Of a stretch of DNA of 45,020 bases, positions 27,665-36,808 are shown one piece after another. The stretch is from positions 1-45,020 of the forward strand of contig JBDHDE010000037.1 of NCBI GenBank assembly GCA_039591655.1. Direction: 5' to 3'. The notes beneath the pieces were generated by a model. The model was not told where the DNA came from and did not search any database. It worked only from the letters and a program-made list of their open reading frames with translations. Both the position numbers and the translations under genes were made by a program. Source of the stretch: Gemmatimonadota bacterium (GTDB taxonomy: Bacteria; Gemmatimonadota; Gemmatimonadetes; Gemmatimonadales; GWC2-71-9). Numbering within the stretch: position 1 is the stretch's first letter; each line of letters starts with the position of its first letter.

Positions 27665-29035
27665 ATGCGGAAACTGGGTTGGGTTCTCGCACTGGCCGCA
27701 CTGCTGGTCCTGACGTCGGCACTCGCGGCACAGACAGAGGGGGATTTGGAGCTGACTGCCGCGCGGTTCTACCGCGGCGGCACGACGTGGGTGAACGCGT
27801 TCTGCCAGGTGCCGTTCTCCCTGGTGCAGCCGCTCTCGGAGGACGTTGGCGGCGTCTACGCCATCTCCGTGAGCGTGCGCGACAGTTCCGGGCTCGTGTT
27901 GCACGAGTCCGAGTGGTCGCAAGCGGTGTCGTCGGCCGTGCTGCGCGTGGAAGGGACGTCCTCGGTCGAGTACTTCACGTTCGCCGCGCAGCCGGGCCTC
28001 TACACCATGGAGGTGGCGGTCAGCGATTCAGCGTCGGGCCGCGTCATGCGGCGGAGCGTAGAGGTTCGGGCGTTTGACGCAGCACCAGGGACGTCTGACC
28101 TGCTCCTGGCACCCACAATGCGGCGCGGTGGGCCCGGCGATACGGTGGCGGCGCCCGGGGAGGTCAGGAAGGGCACGCTGTTCCTCACCGCGGCGACGCG
28201 GCCCGTGCTCACGCCGACGCAGGCGACCCTGTACTACTACCTCGAGTTGTATCCGGGGCAGCAGGTGACGGCGAGGGTGGTGGCTCGGGTCATCGGAGCC
28301 GGGGGTCGGGAGTTGATCGTGGCGCCCCCGCTGGAGCTGGACGTTCCGCCGGCGGGAGGGGTGGTCAACTCCGGGCTGAACCTCGAGGGGCTGCCGCCCG
28401 GCGAGTATCGGTTGGAGATGACGGTGCGGTTGGGCGACGAAGAGCTGCGCCGGGACGCCGGATTCACCATGGCGGGCTTCGACACCGATGTTGCCTTGGC
28501 GCAGAGTCCCGCGGAGGAGGCGGGCCGGTTCGCCCACCTGACCGAGGTGCAGATGGACTCGCTGCAGGGTCCGCTGATCCACCTCGAGGAGGCGGATGAG
28601 CGGGGCGTGTACGGCGATCTCTCGGTGGAGGGGAAACGCAATTACCTGGAGCGGTTCTGGGCGAAGCGCGATCCCACGCCGGGGACGGCGGCCAACGAGA
28701 TGGCCGACGAGTTCTACGCGCTGGTGGCAGAGGCGAATCGGCGGTTTCGGGAGGGTGGCGCGGCAGGGGCGCCGGGGTGGCGCACCGACCGCGGCCGGAT
28801 TCTGATCCGGTACGGGGAGCCGGAGTTCCGGCTCCAGGAGGCGGTGCCCGACGGGCCGCGTCCGTGGGAAGTGTGGCGCTACGCAACCGGTCGCGGATAC
28901 AAGTATGTGTTTGTCGACGAGACAGGCTTCGGCAACTGGGCGCTGGTGTACAGCAACAACGTGCGAGAGCCGACCCGTGCTGGCTGGGAGGCGTTCTTCC
29001 ACGATGACGATTTACGAAGGGTTGAAACTTTCTGA
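27665..29035 (+). CDS. GWxTD domain-containing secreted protein
   Basis: Signal peptide; Ig-like N-terminal part (LPPGEYRLEMTV); FWAKRDPTPGT.ANE...EANRRF...GWRTDRGRILIRYGEP...WEVWRY...YVFVD. Confidence 0.92.
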   Translation: MRKLGWVLALAALLVLTSALAAQTEGDLELTAARFYRGGTTWVNAFCQVPFSLVQPLSEDVGGVYAISVSVRDSSGLVLHESEWSQAVSSAVLRVEGTSSVEYFTFAAQPGLYTMEVAVSDSASGRVMRRSVEVRAFDAAPGTSDLLLAPTMRRGGPGDTVAAPGEVRKGTLFLTAATRPVLTPTQATLYYYLELYPGQQVTARVVARVIGAGGRELIVAPPLELDVPPAGGVVNSGLNLEGLPPGEYRLEMTVRLGDEELRRDAGFTMAGFDTDVALAQSPAEEAGRFAHLTEVQMDSLQGPLIHLEEADERGVYGDLSVEGKRNYLERFWAKRDPTPGTAANEMADEFYALVAEANRRFREGGAAGAPGWRTDRGRILIRYGEPEFRLQEAVPDGPRPWEVWRYATGRGYKYVFVDETGFGNWALVYSNNVREPTRAGWEAFFHDDDLRRVETF

Positions 29036-29084
29036 CGAGACGAATGGTGGTCGATAGACCCAACGCATAGGGAGTGAGGACCAT

Positions 29085-30140
29085 ATGAACCGATTTCTCT
29101 TAGGCGTGATGAGCCTGGGGCTCGTGGTTACCGCAGGCTGCACGGAGGATCCGACTGAGGCTCTCCGCACCGGCCCCGCGCGGGTGGTGACGTCCCGGAC
29201 GTATCTCCAATTACTCCCTGGCGACTCGGCCTCGGTCATCGGGCGGACGCTCGACGCACAGGGGAATGCGGTCGTGCCGCTTCCGGAGGTGATCTCGGAG
29301 AACGCGAGTGTGGCTACGGTGAGCGTCGACGACATCCTTTCGGGCAACCCGTCGCCGGAGCTCGCCTTCTTCGTGAAGGGCATCAATCCGGGGCAGGCCA
29401 CCATCACGGCGACGGCTGAAGCGGTGTCGACGTCGTTCACGACGCTGGTGTTCCCGCTGACGTTCCCCGGGACGGCGGCGGTGAACAGCTCCGGCCGTCT
29501 CGATGAGGTTACCCTCACGGCCGATCCGGTGATCGAGTTCGACACCTCGGGCACGAGCGGCGTGCTGGTGGACGGGGCGTCGGCGGACATCCTCAGCCTG
29601 ACCGCCAGCGAGATGGTGTTCTCCTGGTCGGCTGCGGCGGCCGTCGCGGCCGCCGAGGTCACGCTCACCGACGTCCTGTTCCTGGGCGAGTTCCCGCTGG
29701 CGGAGCTCGTGCTGGCGGACCCGGTGGCGCTGACCCAGGACGGCGACGAGCCGGCCAACGACCTGGACGTGCCTGGTGGCGGCACGCCCACGACGGCCGC
29801 CTTCGGATCGGCCAACATCAACCGGGGATCCTCGGCGAGCGACGATGTCCGTGACTTCTGGTGCGTCACGATCCCTGGCGGTGATACCAGCTTCGAGGTC
29901 GCTTGGGGCGGCACCGGCGCCGACGCGGACCTCGACATTTTCGTGCAGTCCGGCTGCTCCACCGCGTTCGACTACTTCGCCGACGTCTTGGGCTTCGGCA
30001 TGGCGACTGGGGCCAACCCCGAGGCCGCCAGTGCGGTCTTGCCGGCGGGGGACTATCTGATCAACGTCGAGGTGTACGACCCGCACGATGTGCCGGATCC
30101 GTGGTGGTACCAGATCCGGGTCTTCCTGACGCCGGCCTAA
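29085..30140 (+). CDS. Lipoprotein with Ig-like and PPC (pre-peptidase C-terminal)-like domains
   Basis: Lipobox VTAGC; SENASVATV...GQATITAT (Big_2-like); DADLDIFV...ANPEAA...LPAGDYLINV (PPC-like). Confidence 0.75.
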   Translation: MNRFLLGVMSLGLVVTAGCTEDPTEALRTGPARVVTSRTYLQLLPGDSASVIGRTLDAQGNAVVPLPEVISENASVATVSVDDILSGNPSPELAFFVKGINPGQATITATAEAVSTSFTTLVFPLTFPGTAAVNSSGRLDEVTLTADPVIEFDTSGTSGVLVDGASADILSLTASEMVFSWSAAAAVAAAEVTLTDVLFLGEFPLAELVLADPVALTQDGDEPANDLDVPGGGTPTTAAFGSANINRGSSASDDVRDFWCVTIPGGDTSFEVAWGGTGADADLDIFVQSGCSTAFDYFADVLGFGMATGANPEAASAVLPAGDYLINVEVYDPHDVPDPWWYQIRVFLTPA

Positions 30141-30197
30141 CCAGGTCGGACGCGTAGCGGCGGGGAGCTGACAACATCCTGCCGGTGAACTAACGAG

Positions 30198-30233
30198 GAG
30201 CGCCCCCGGTTCCCACGGGAACCAGGGGCGCTC
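30198..30233. terminator. Probable bidirectional terminator between convergent genes
   Basis: GAGCGCCCC(C)GGTTCC-CACG-GGAACC(A)GGGGCGCTC between stops at 30140 (+) and 30269 (-). Confidence 0.7.
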
Positions 30234-30268
30234 GTATTGCTCCTGCCCTGTCTCAATCGCGCGGCCCG

Positions 30269-31645
30269 CTAACGTGTGGGATCCCCTGAGCCGGGTGCAT
30301 AGAGCGAGCCGATCCGCTGCGCCCGGAAGATGTAGAGTCCGTCGATCCCGGTGACCTCCCAGGCGAGGTTGCCGGCCTCGTCGAATTCGACGACCCTGCT
30401 GCCACGACCGAACGAGATCAGCGCGTGCCCGTTCGTGAGGTACTGGGTGCTCCCTCCCACCGACGCGAAGGTGTCGGGCCCATCCTCGAATCCCACCACC
30501 AGCACAGCCGTCTTCGTCACCGGGTTGAGGAGGTATCGTGCGCCCCGGGACGGCGGCGTGGAGCCGTTGTCGAGCAATTGGACCATGCCGGGCCCAGCCC
30601 GCCGCACCCCGTGCTGGCGCGCGAATCCGGGATCCGGGTCGTTCACGAAGGAGAACTGGTTCCGGACGCCGCCGAAGCGCCACAACACCTCGCCCGTCGC
30701 GCTGTCCACCTTCGTGATCTCGTTCAGGCTGCGGAACGACAGCAGCAGGTTGCCGTCCTCGTCGAAATCGATGCCGTTGCCGTGGGTGAAGTTCACGTTG
30801 GGACCGTTGGGCACCGCGGGCAGGTCCGTGATCTCGAAGTGATCGAACGCGTTCCACTCGAACAGCAGCTCGCCATCGATGCTCAGGTGTTGGACGACGG
30901 TGGCCGTGACCTGGGCGGAGTCCACGCCGCCCACGCCCGAGAGGTCCATGGTCCGCGTCTCATCACACAGGATCCAGGCACTGCCGTCCGCCTCGAGCAT
31001 CACCTCGTGGAACCGAGTCGGACGCCCCACGCAGCTCAAGTTCCCGATCTCCTCGCCGAGCTCGTTCAGCACCCCGAACACCCGATCCGAGCCCGACAGG
31101 CCCAGCAGCGTGTAATGCCCGTCGGGGTGCACCTGAAAGGAGTTGAGCGTGCCGTCGGGGGTGTGCTTATACCACACGACCCGGCCCGTATTGTCCACGA
31201 TCACCGGCCCGCCCGGCAGAGACAGCGCGACGAAGCCGGGCGTGGTGTCGCTGCCCTGCGCGCCGATCGCGGGGATCCAGTCGGGCAGGGTGTCGGTGAG
31301 GAACTCCGAGGTGTCGACCCCGGTGATCACCGAGTCGCCCAGCAGCAGGCTGGTCTCCACCAGATACGTGGCGGACGGCTCCAGTCCCAATACGGGCACC
31401 CGCGCCACCCCGTCCTCGAACTCGTAGGGTGGCGACTCCTGTGCCGCGCCGCCCTCCTGCCAGTAGCGCACGAAGGCGGCGTCGAACCCGGCGCCCGTGA
31501 CCACCGAGACGGCGCTGATCACGTTGATCGGGTTGGCCTGGACCTCGACGCTCTCGATCGTCGCCGTGGGTCCCTGGTCCTCGCCGCAGGCCGCGAACGC
31601 TACCGTGGCGGCCGCGACCGCCGCCCAATGTCGAATGTCACGCAC
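30269..31645 (-). CDS. Aryl-sulfate sulfotransferase (ASST)-like lipoprotein, paralogue 1 (458 aa)
   Basis: GGAGGA before GTG 31645; lipobox FAAC; IVDNTGRVVWY, FEWNAFDH, FTHGNGI, LLLSFRS, FARQH. Confidence 0.82.
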   Translation of the reverse strand: MRDIRHWAAVAAATVAFAACGEDQGPTATIESVEVQANPINVISAVSVVTGAGFDAAFVRYWQEGGAAQESPPYEFEDGVARVPVLGLEPSATYLVETSLLLGDSVITGVDTSEFLTDTLPDWIPAIGAQGSDTTPGFVALSLPGGPVIVDNTGRVVWYKHTPDGTLNSFQVHPDGHYTLLGLSGSDRVFGVLNELGEEIGNLSCVGRPTRFHEVMLEADGSAWILCDETRTMDLSGVGGVDSAQVTATVVQHLSIDGELLFEWNAFDHFEITDLPAVPNGPNVNFTHGNGIDFDEDGNLLLSFRSLNEITKVDSATGEVLWRFGGVRNQFSFVNDPDPGFARQHGVRRAGPGMVQLLDNGSTPPSRGARYLLNPVTKTAVLVVGFEDGPDTFASVGGSTQYLTNGHALISFGRGSRVVEFDEAGNLAWEVTGIDGLYIFRAQRIGSLYAPGSGDPTR

Positions 31646-33032
31646 GCTGTTCCTCCGTTTGGTTCTCGAAAGCCCGCTCTGAGTGTACCGCACCGCACCT
31701 CGTGGGGGCCACCGCCGGGCCGCTGCGGGGCGAATCAGTGGCAGCGACGGAGCGGCTTCGTACTGCGCGGGTCTCAGTGGGTGGGGTCGTCCGCGCCGGG
31801 CCGGTACAGCGATTGAATGCGCTGCGCGCGGAACGCGTAGATCCCGTCGAGGCCGGTGAGCTCCCAAGCGCGGCTCCCCGTCTCATCCACCTCGACGACC
31901 CTTCCGGCGCGGCCGAATGAGACCAGGGTGTGTCCGTTCGAGAGGTACTGCGTGCTCCCTCCGGTGCGGCTGTGGGCATCCGGCGCGTCCCTGAAGTCGA
32001 TGGTGAGCAACGCGGTCTTGCTCTGGGGATTGATCAAATAGCGGATCAACCGGGACGGGGGGTTTGCCCTGTTATCGAACAACTGGATCCAGCTGGGCCC
32101 GGCGGACCGCAGACCGTGCTGAAACATGAACCCCCAATCTGGATCATTGAGGACTGTAAACTCGTTGCGCCGGCCCCCGAAGCGCCACATCACCTCCCCC
32201 GTCGTCCTGTTGACCTTCGTGACCTCGGCGAGGGCGCGGAAGCAGAGGAGTAGGTTGCCGTCCGCGTCGAAATCGAGGGCGTTGCCGTGCGTGAAGTTCA
32301 AGTTGGGGCTGCGGGGTATACGGGGGACGTCCGTGATGTCGAAGTGATCGAAGGCGTTCCACTCGAACAGCACGGTACCGCCGGCGTCGAGGTGCTGCAC
32401 CACGGTTCCCTGGACGTCCACCGAGTCGAAGCCGCCGTAGGCGGTCAGGTCCATGACCCGGTTCTCATTGCACAGCAGCCACACGCTGCCGTCGGCCTCC
32501 ATGCGTGCCTCATGCGCCCGGGTGCGGTAGCCGACGCACTTGAGTATCTGCTCTTCATTGCCCAGCTCGTCCAGCACGGCGAACTGCCGCCCCGTGTCTG
32601 CGATCCCCAACAGGGTGTAGCGCCCGTTGGGATGCGCCTGGAAGTTGTTGACGGTGCCATCCGACACATACTTGTACCACACGACCCGGCCCGTATTGTC
32701 CACGATCACCGGCCCGCCCGGCAGAGACAGCGCGACGAAGCCAGGCGTGGTGTCGCTGCCCTGCGCGCCGATCGCGGGGATCCAGTCGGGCAGGGTGTCG
32801 GTCTGGAACCCCGAGGTGTCGACCCCGGCGATCACCGAGTCGCCCAGCAGCAGGTTGGTCTCCACCAGATATGTGGCGGACGGCTCCAGTCCCAATACGG
32901 GCACCCGCGCCACCCCGTCCTCGAACTCGTAGGGTGGCGACTCCTGCGCCGCGCCGCCCTCCTGCCAGTAGCGCACGAAGGCGGCGTCGAACCCGGCGCC
33001 CGTGACCACCGAGACGGCGCTGATCACGTTGA
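31170..33032. repeat. Near-identical ~358-bp direct repeat (31170-31527 and 32675-33032) inside the two ASST-like genes
   Basis: Offset is exactly 1505 bp; about 8 substitutions counted by eye. Confidence 0.9.
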
Positions 33033-33150
33033 CGGGGTTGGTCTGCAGCTCGACGCTCTCGAGTGTCGCCGTGGGGCCCTGATCGTCGCCGCAGGCCGCG
33101 AATGCCACAGCGAGCGCTCCGGCGGTCCACCACCGACTCACGTTCTGCAT
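31774..33150 (-). CDS. Aryl-sulfate sulfotransferase (ASST)-like lipoprotein, paralogue 2 (458 aa)
   Basis: GGAGGA before ATG 33150; lipobox FAAC; FEWNAFDH, FTHGNAL, FMFQH, LFDN. Confidence 0.82.
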   Translation of the reverse strand: MQNVSRWWTAGALAVAFAACGDDQGPTATLESVELQTNPVNVISAVSVVTGAGFDAAFVRYWQEGGAAQESPPYEFEDGVARVPVLGLEPSATYLVETNLLLGDSVIAGVDTSGFQTDTLPDWIPAIGAQGSDTTPGFVALSLPGGPVIVDNTGRVVWYKYVSDGTVNNFQAHPNGRYTLLGIADTGRQFAVLDELGNEEQILKCVGYRTRAHEARMEADGSVWLLCNENRVMDLTAYGGFDSVDVQGTVVQHLDAGGTVLFEWNAFDHFDITDVPRIPRSPNLNFTHGNALDFDADGNLLLCFRALAEVTKVNRTTGEVMWRFGGRRNEFTVLNDPDWGFMFQHGLRSAGPSWIQLFDNRANPPSRLIRYLINPQSKTALLTIDFRDAPDAHSRTGGSTQYLSNGHTLVSFGRAGRVVEVDETGSRAWELTGLDGIYAFRAQRIQSLYRPGADDPTH

Positions 33151-33197
33151 CCCGTTCCTCCCTCCCGCGGTACCCCGCGTCGACGCGGCGGGTCCTT

Positions 33198-34145
33198 CTA
33201 TGCCGCCCGTTGCGCTGCCGCGGCTCCCTCCGGCGCACCCGCCCGGCTGCTGCTCACCGTGAGCCACATCAGGTAAACCAGCGCCACCCATACCGCTGTT
33301 CCCAGGGCCGCGTGCATCCCCCGCCAGAAGGAGGGCAGGTGGGTGAGCACCATGACGGCGCCCACGGTCACCTGGGCGACCACCAGCCCCACGGCCGTCC
33401 ATGCGGTCCCCTGGAGGCGCCGTGGCGCCTGTTTGCGCCGCAGGCCCATGCCGAGCCCCAGCACGTGGAACAGGAGGGCGTAGGCGAGCAGCCGGTGCGT
33501 CCAGTGGATGTGGGGCAGGCCCGAGCCCGTCGCTGAGGGCCAGATCTCGCCGTTGCAGAGGGGGAACCCCAGGCATGCCGGAGCGGCGCCCGTGGTGGCG
33601 GTCATGCCCCCCAGCAGGAGCACCGCGGCCGCCAGGACCGTGGCCGCGATGATGCCGCCCCTGGCGGGCCGCTCCCCCGCGGGCAACAGGGTGACCCCGG
33701 CGTGCACCCCGGCTCTGAGGCCCAGGACGACCAGCGTGGCGAGCAGGGCGATCCCCGTGCCGAGGTGGAGCACCACCGTGTGAGGCGGCAGCTCGAGCTT
33801 GACGGTTATGGCCCCGAGGATCGACTGGAGGATGAGCAGGCCCAGCGCCAGGAGCGCGGGCCGCTGGGTGCCGCCGGGTCCGGAGCCCCCTGCCGTGCCA
33901 CGCAGGCGCAGGGCGTGGGCCACCACCACGGCCGTGAGGGCCGTGAGGCCCAGAACTGCGATCCGGTGGGAGTACTCCAGCACGGTCTCGATGGAGTCGA
34001 GAGCGGGCACCAGCCTGCCGTTGCACAGCGGCCAGTCGTCGCCGCATCCCATTCCCGAGTTGGTGATTCGCACTACGAAGCCCAGTACGATCACGGCGTA
34101 GGCGAATCCGGCTGTCACATACGCGAGTCGGCGGAGTGTCCTCAT
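33198..34145 (-). CDS. ctaA: Heme A synthase (COX15/CtaA family)
   Basis: GMGCGDDWPLCNG, EYSHR, VVLHL, ACLGFPLCNG, HWTHR, GMHAA. Confidence 0.9.
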   Translation of the reverse strand: MRTLRRLAYVTAGFAYAVIVLGFVVRITNSGMGCGDDWPLCNGRLVPALDSIETVLEYSHRIAVLGLTALTAVVVAHALRLRGTAGGSGPGGTQRPALLALGLLILQSILGAITVKLELPPHTVVLHLGTGIALLATLVVLGLRAGVHAGVTLLPAGERPARGGIIAATVLAAAVLLLGGMTATTGAAPACLGFPLCNGEIWPSATGSGLPHIHWTHRLLAYALLFHVLGLGMGLRRKQAPRRLQGTAWTAVGLVVAQVTVGAVMVLTHLPSFWRGMHAALGTAVWVALVYLMWLTVSSSRAGAPEGAAAAQRAA

Positions 34146-34203
34146 GGTGAAAAACTCGCTCCCGGGCGGCGGCCCCGCCAGGCCTGGGGCTCTTGCTCGC
34201 CCG

Positions 34204-35631
34204 CTACAACACGGAGCCGAACGCCAGGAACAGCACCGTCGCTCCCGTGGCGGCGAGGAGGGCGTACGGTAGTTGGGTGCGCACGTGATCGATGTGGTCG
34301 GTGGCCGATGCCATGGACGCCACGATAGTGGTGTCCGAGATGGGAGAGCAGTGGTCGCCGAAGATCCCGCCGCCGAGCGCGGCTGCCACGGTGAGCGCGG
34401 GGTGCAGGCCGAGCAGCTCCACCATGGGGATCACAATGGGGATCATGATGGCGAAGGTGCCCCACGACGTCCCGGTGGAGAAGGCGATGAAGCAGGCGAG
34501 CAGGAACACCAGCGCGGGAATGAGCCAGGTGGGGAGCGTTGCCTGGGCCGCCTGCGCCACGAAGACGCCGGTACCCAGCGCACGCGTCGTGGCGCCGATG
34601 GTGAACGCCAGCGACAGCACGATGACCAGCGGGATCAGGCCCTGCATCCCCTTGATGATCTCTTGGGTGGACTCCTCGATGCTGAGGATTCCCTGAAGTC
34701 GGTAGGATACGACGGCCACCAGCACGCCCACGATCACGCCCCACAGCACCGCCTCGGAGCCGCTGCCGGCGGAGAGGTCGCCGTCCCCGGTGATCAACAG
34801 GACCACGGGCACCATGCCCACCATGGTGGCGATGGGCAGGATCATGTTGACGGCACGCCGCGGCACGCCCTCCTTGGCCCGCTCCCCCGACACCTCCTCG
34901 GAGATCATCGGCTTGGCACCGTCCCGCAGCAGCTTGCCCTCCTCCGCGACGCGGCGCTCCGCTTCCCGCATCGGACCCAGGTTCCAGCCGGTGAGGATCA
35001 CCACCAGCGCCAGCACCAGGGCCAGCACGCTGTAGAAGTTGAGCGGGACCGCCGCCATGAGGATCGTAGCGGGGCGCTGGATGTCCTGCGCCACCAGGAG
35101 CGCTGCCACGTACGCGCCCCAGGCGTTCAGCGGCAACAGGGACCCGATGAGGATGCACTTGGGCGAGCAGGTGGCGTCGATCACGTAGCTCAGCTTCTCG
35201 CGCGAGATGCGGAACTTGTCGTACAGCGGGCGCGCTACCGACCCGGAGACCAGCAACCCGAAGTTGGATTCGAGAAAGACGGCCATGCTGACGCCGGCCG
35301 TGAGGAGGCCCACGGAGCGCCGCGACCGGGCGAGGCCCAGGCGCTCGACCCCGTGCACGAACCCCTGCATCCCTCCCGATGCTTGGGTGAGGGTGATCAT
35401 GGAACCGATGAGCACGCTGAACATGAGCACCCGGGCGTTGTCGGCGGCCGTGATGGCGGCGACGTAGGCGTCTACCGATGCGACCAGTCCGGCCACCGGA
35501 TTCCACCCGCTCATGATGGTCCACCCCAGCCACACGAAGAGGGCCAGCGACAGGTAGACCTGCTTGGTCTTGATCGCCAGGCCGATGGCGACGACGGGCG
35601 GGAGGATGGACAGCCAACCGAACGTTTCCAT
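34204..35631 (-). CDS. NhaC family Na+/H+ antiporter-like transporter
   Basis: WLSILPPVVAI, SREKLSYVIDAT, FSTGTSWGTFAIM, GGIFGDHCSPISDTT, DHVRTQLPY. Start at ATG 35631. Confidence 0.9.
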   Translation of the reverse strand: METFGWLSILPPVVAIGLAIKTKQVYLSLALFVWLGWTIMSGWNPVAGLVASVDAYVAAITAADNARVLMFSVLIGSMITLTQASGGMQGFVHGVERLGLARSRRSVGLLTAGVSMAVFLESNFGLLVSGSVARPLYDKFRISREKLSYVIDATCSPKCILIGSLLPLNAWGAYVAALLVAQDIQRPATILMAAVPLNFYSVLALVLALVVILTGWNLGPMREAERRVAEEGKLLRDGAKPMISEEVSGERAKEGVPRRAVNMILPIATMVGMVPVVLLITGDGDLSAGSGSEAVLWGVIVGVLVAVVSYRLQGILSIEESTQEIIKGMQGLIPLVIVLSLAFTIGATTRALGTGVFVAQAAQATLPTWLIPALVFLLACFIAFSTGTSWGTFAIMIPIVIPMVELLGLHPALTVAAALGGGIFGDHCSPISDTTIVASMASATDHIDHVRTQLPYALLAATGATVLFLAFGSVL

Positions 35632-35761
35632 GGTGCGTCTCGGGTTGCAGGGGGCGTCGCGCCGGGGAGGCCATTGGGGGCGCCCCCCGCACGATCCGGC
35701 GCGAATCGTCCGAAGGTAACGGCCCGCTGTTCCGCTGCCAAATGGGGAGGGATGGGGCCGC

Positions 35762-35790
35762 TTGACCCCGCGTCCGGCCTCGGCTAAGCT
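35762..35790 (+). promoter_or_regulatory. Putative sigma70 promoter of nadA-nadC
   Basis: TTGACC-N17-TAAGCT about 25 nt upstream of ATG 35816. Confidence 0.45.
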
Positions 35791-35815
35791 CCTCATCAAA
35801 GGTCTGAAGGTTTCG

Positions 35816-36808
35816 ATGTCGCTTCCCCTTCCTGTCATCGAGGAAACTCGGCTTTCCCCCGCACAGATCGAGGAGCTGCACGGCGAGATCCGCGCGCTCG
35901 CGCAGCGCCGCGGCGCCGTCATCCTGGCGCACAACTACCAGCGCCCCGAAGTGCAGGACGTGGCCGACTACGTGGGGGACTCCCTGGGCCTCTCGCGTCA
36001 GGCGGCGGAGACCGAGTCCGCGGTCATCGTCTTCTGCGGCGTCCACTTCATGGCCGAGACGGCCGCCATCATCTCGCCCGACAAGCGGGTCCTGCTCCCC
36101 GACCTGCGGGCCGGGTGCTCGCTGGCGGCGTCCATCACCGCCGAGGACGTGCGGCGCTGGCGGCAGGAGTTCCCCGACTACGTTGCGGTGGGCTACGTGA
36201 ACACCACCGCCGAGGTCAAAGCGGAGCTCGACTTTTGCTGCACCAGCGGCAACGTGCTGGGGGTGATCGACTCCATCCCGGCGGACCGGGGCATCCTATT
36301 CCTGCCTGACTTCTTCCTGGGCGCGCACGTCCGGCACATGCGTCCCGAGCGGCGCGTCGAGGTGTGGATGGGGGAGTGCCACGTCCACAAGGACATCAGG
36401 GCCGGGTCGGTGAACGCCCGGCGCACGGAGCATCCGGAAGCCGAGGTGCTGGTCCACCCCGAGTGTGCCTGTGCGGGGCAGCTGGTCTACGAGATGGGAC
36501 TGGGGGACGTGGATCCCGTGGGGGTGTACATCGAGTCCACCGAGGGAATGGTGCGGCGCGTGCGGGAGAGTGAGGCGCCCAGCTTCATCATCGCCACCGA
36601 GGCCGAGATCATCCATCGCCTGAAGCGGGAGGCGCCCGGCAAGGAGTTCATCCCCGCCGATCGCAAGGCGCTGTGCGGCTACATGAAGACGATCATGCTG
36701 GAGAGCGTGCGAGACTCGTTGGTCCGCGACCAGTACGCGGTGACGGTGCCGGAGGAGACCGCCGCCCGGGCCCGGGCCGCGCTGGACCGCATGGTGCAGA
36801 TTGACTGA
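35816..36808 (+). CDS. nadA: Quinolinate synthase A
   Basis: ILAHNYQ, GDSLGLS, VFCGVHFMAE, AGCSLA, YVNTTAEVKA, CTSGN, GECHVH, LVHPEC, LCGYMK. Confidence 0.96.
   Translation: MSLPLPVIEETRLSPAQIEELHGEIRALAQRRGAVILAHNYQRPEVQDVADYVGDSLGLSRQAAETESAVIVFCGVHFMAETAAIISPDKRVLLPDLRAGCSLAASITAEDVRRWRQEFPDYVAVGYVNTTAEVKAELDFCCTSGNVLGVIDSIPADRGILFLPDFFLGAHVRHMRPERRVEVWMGECHVHKDIRAGSVNARRTEHPEAEVLVHPECACAGQLVYEMGLGDVDPVGVYIESTEGMVRRVRESEAPSFIIATEAEIIHRLKREAPGKEFIPADRKALCGYMKTIMLESVRDSLVRDQYAVTVPEETAARARAALDRMVQID

Noticed and set aside
33151..34047. N-terminal extension of the 757-aa ORF (31774..34047)
   Set aside because: It overlaps ctaA in another frame and is low-complexity Arg/Gly/Pro; RBS and lipobox place the start at 33150.
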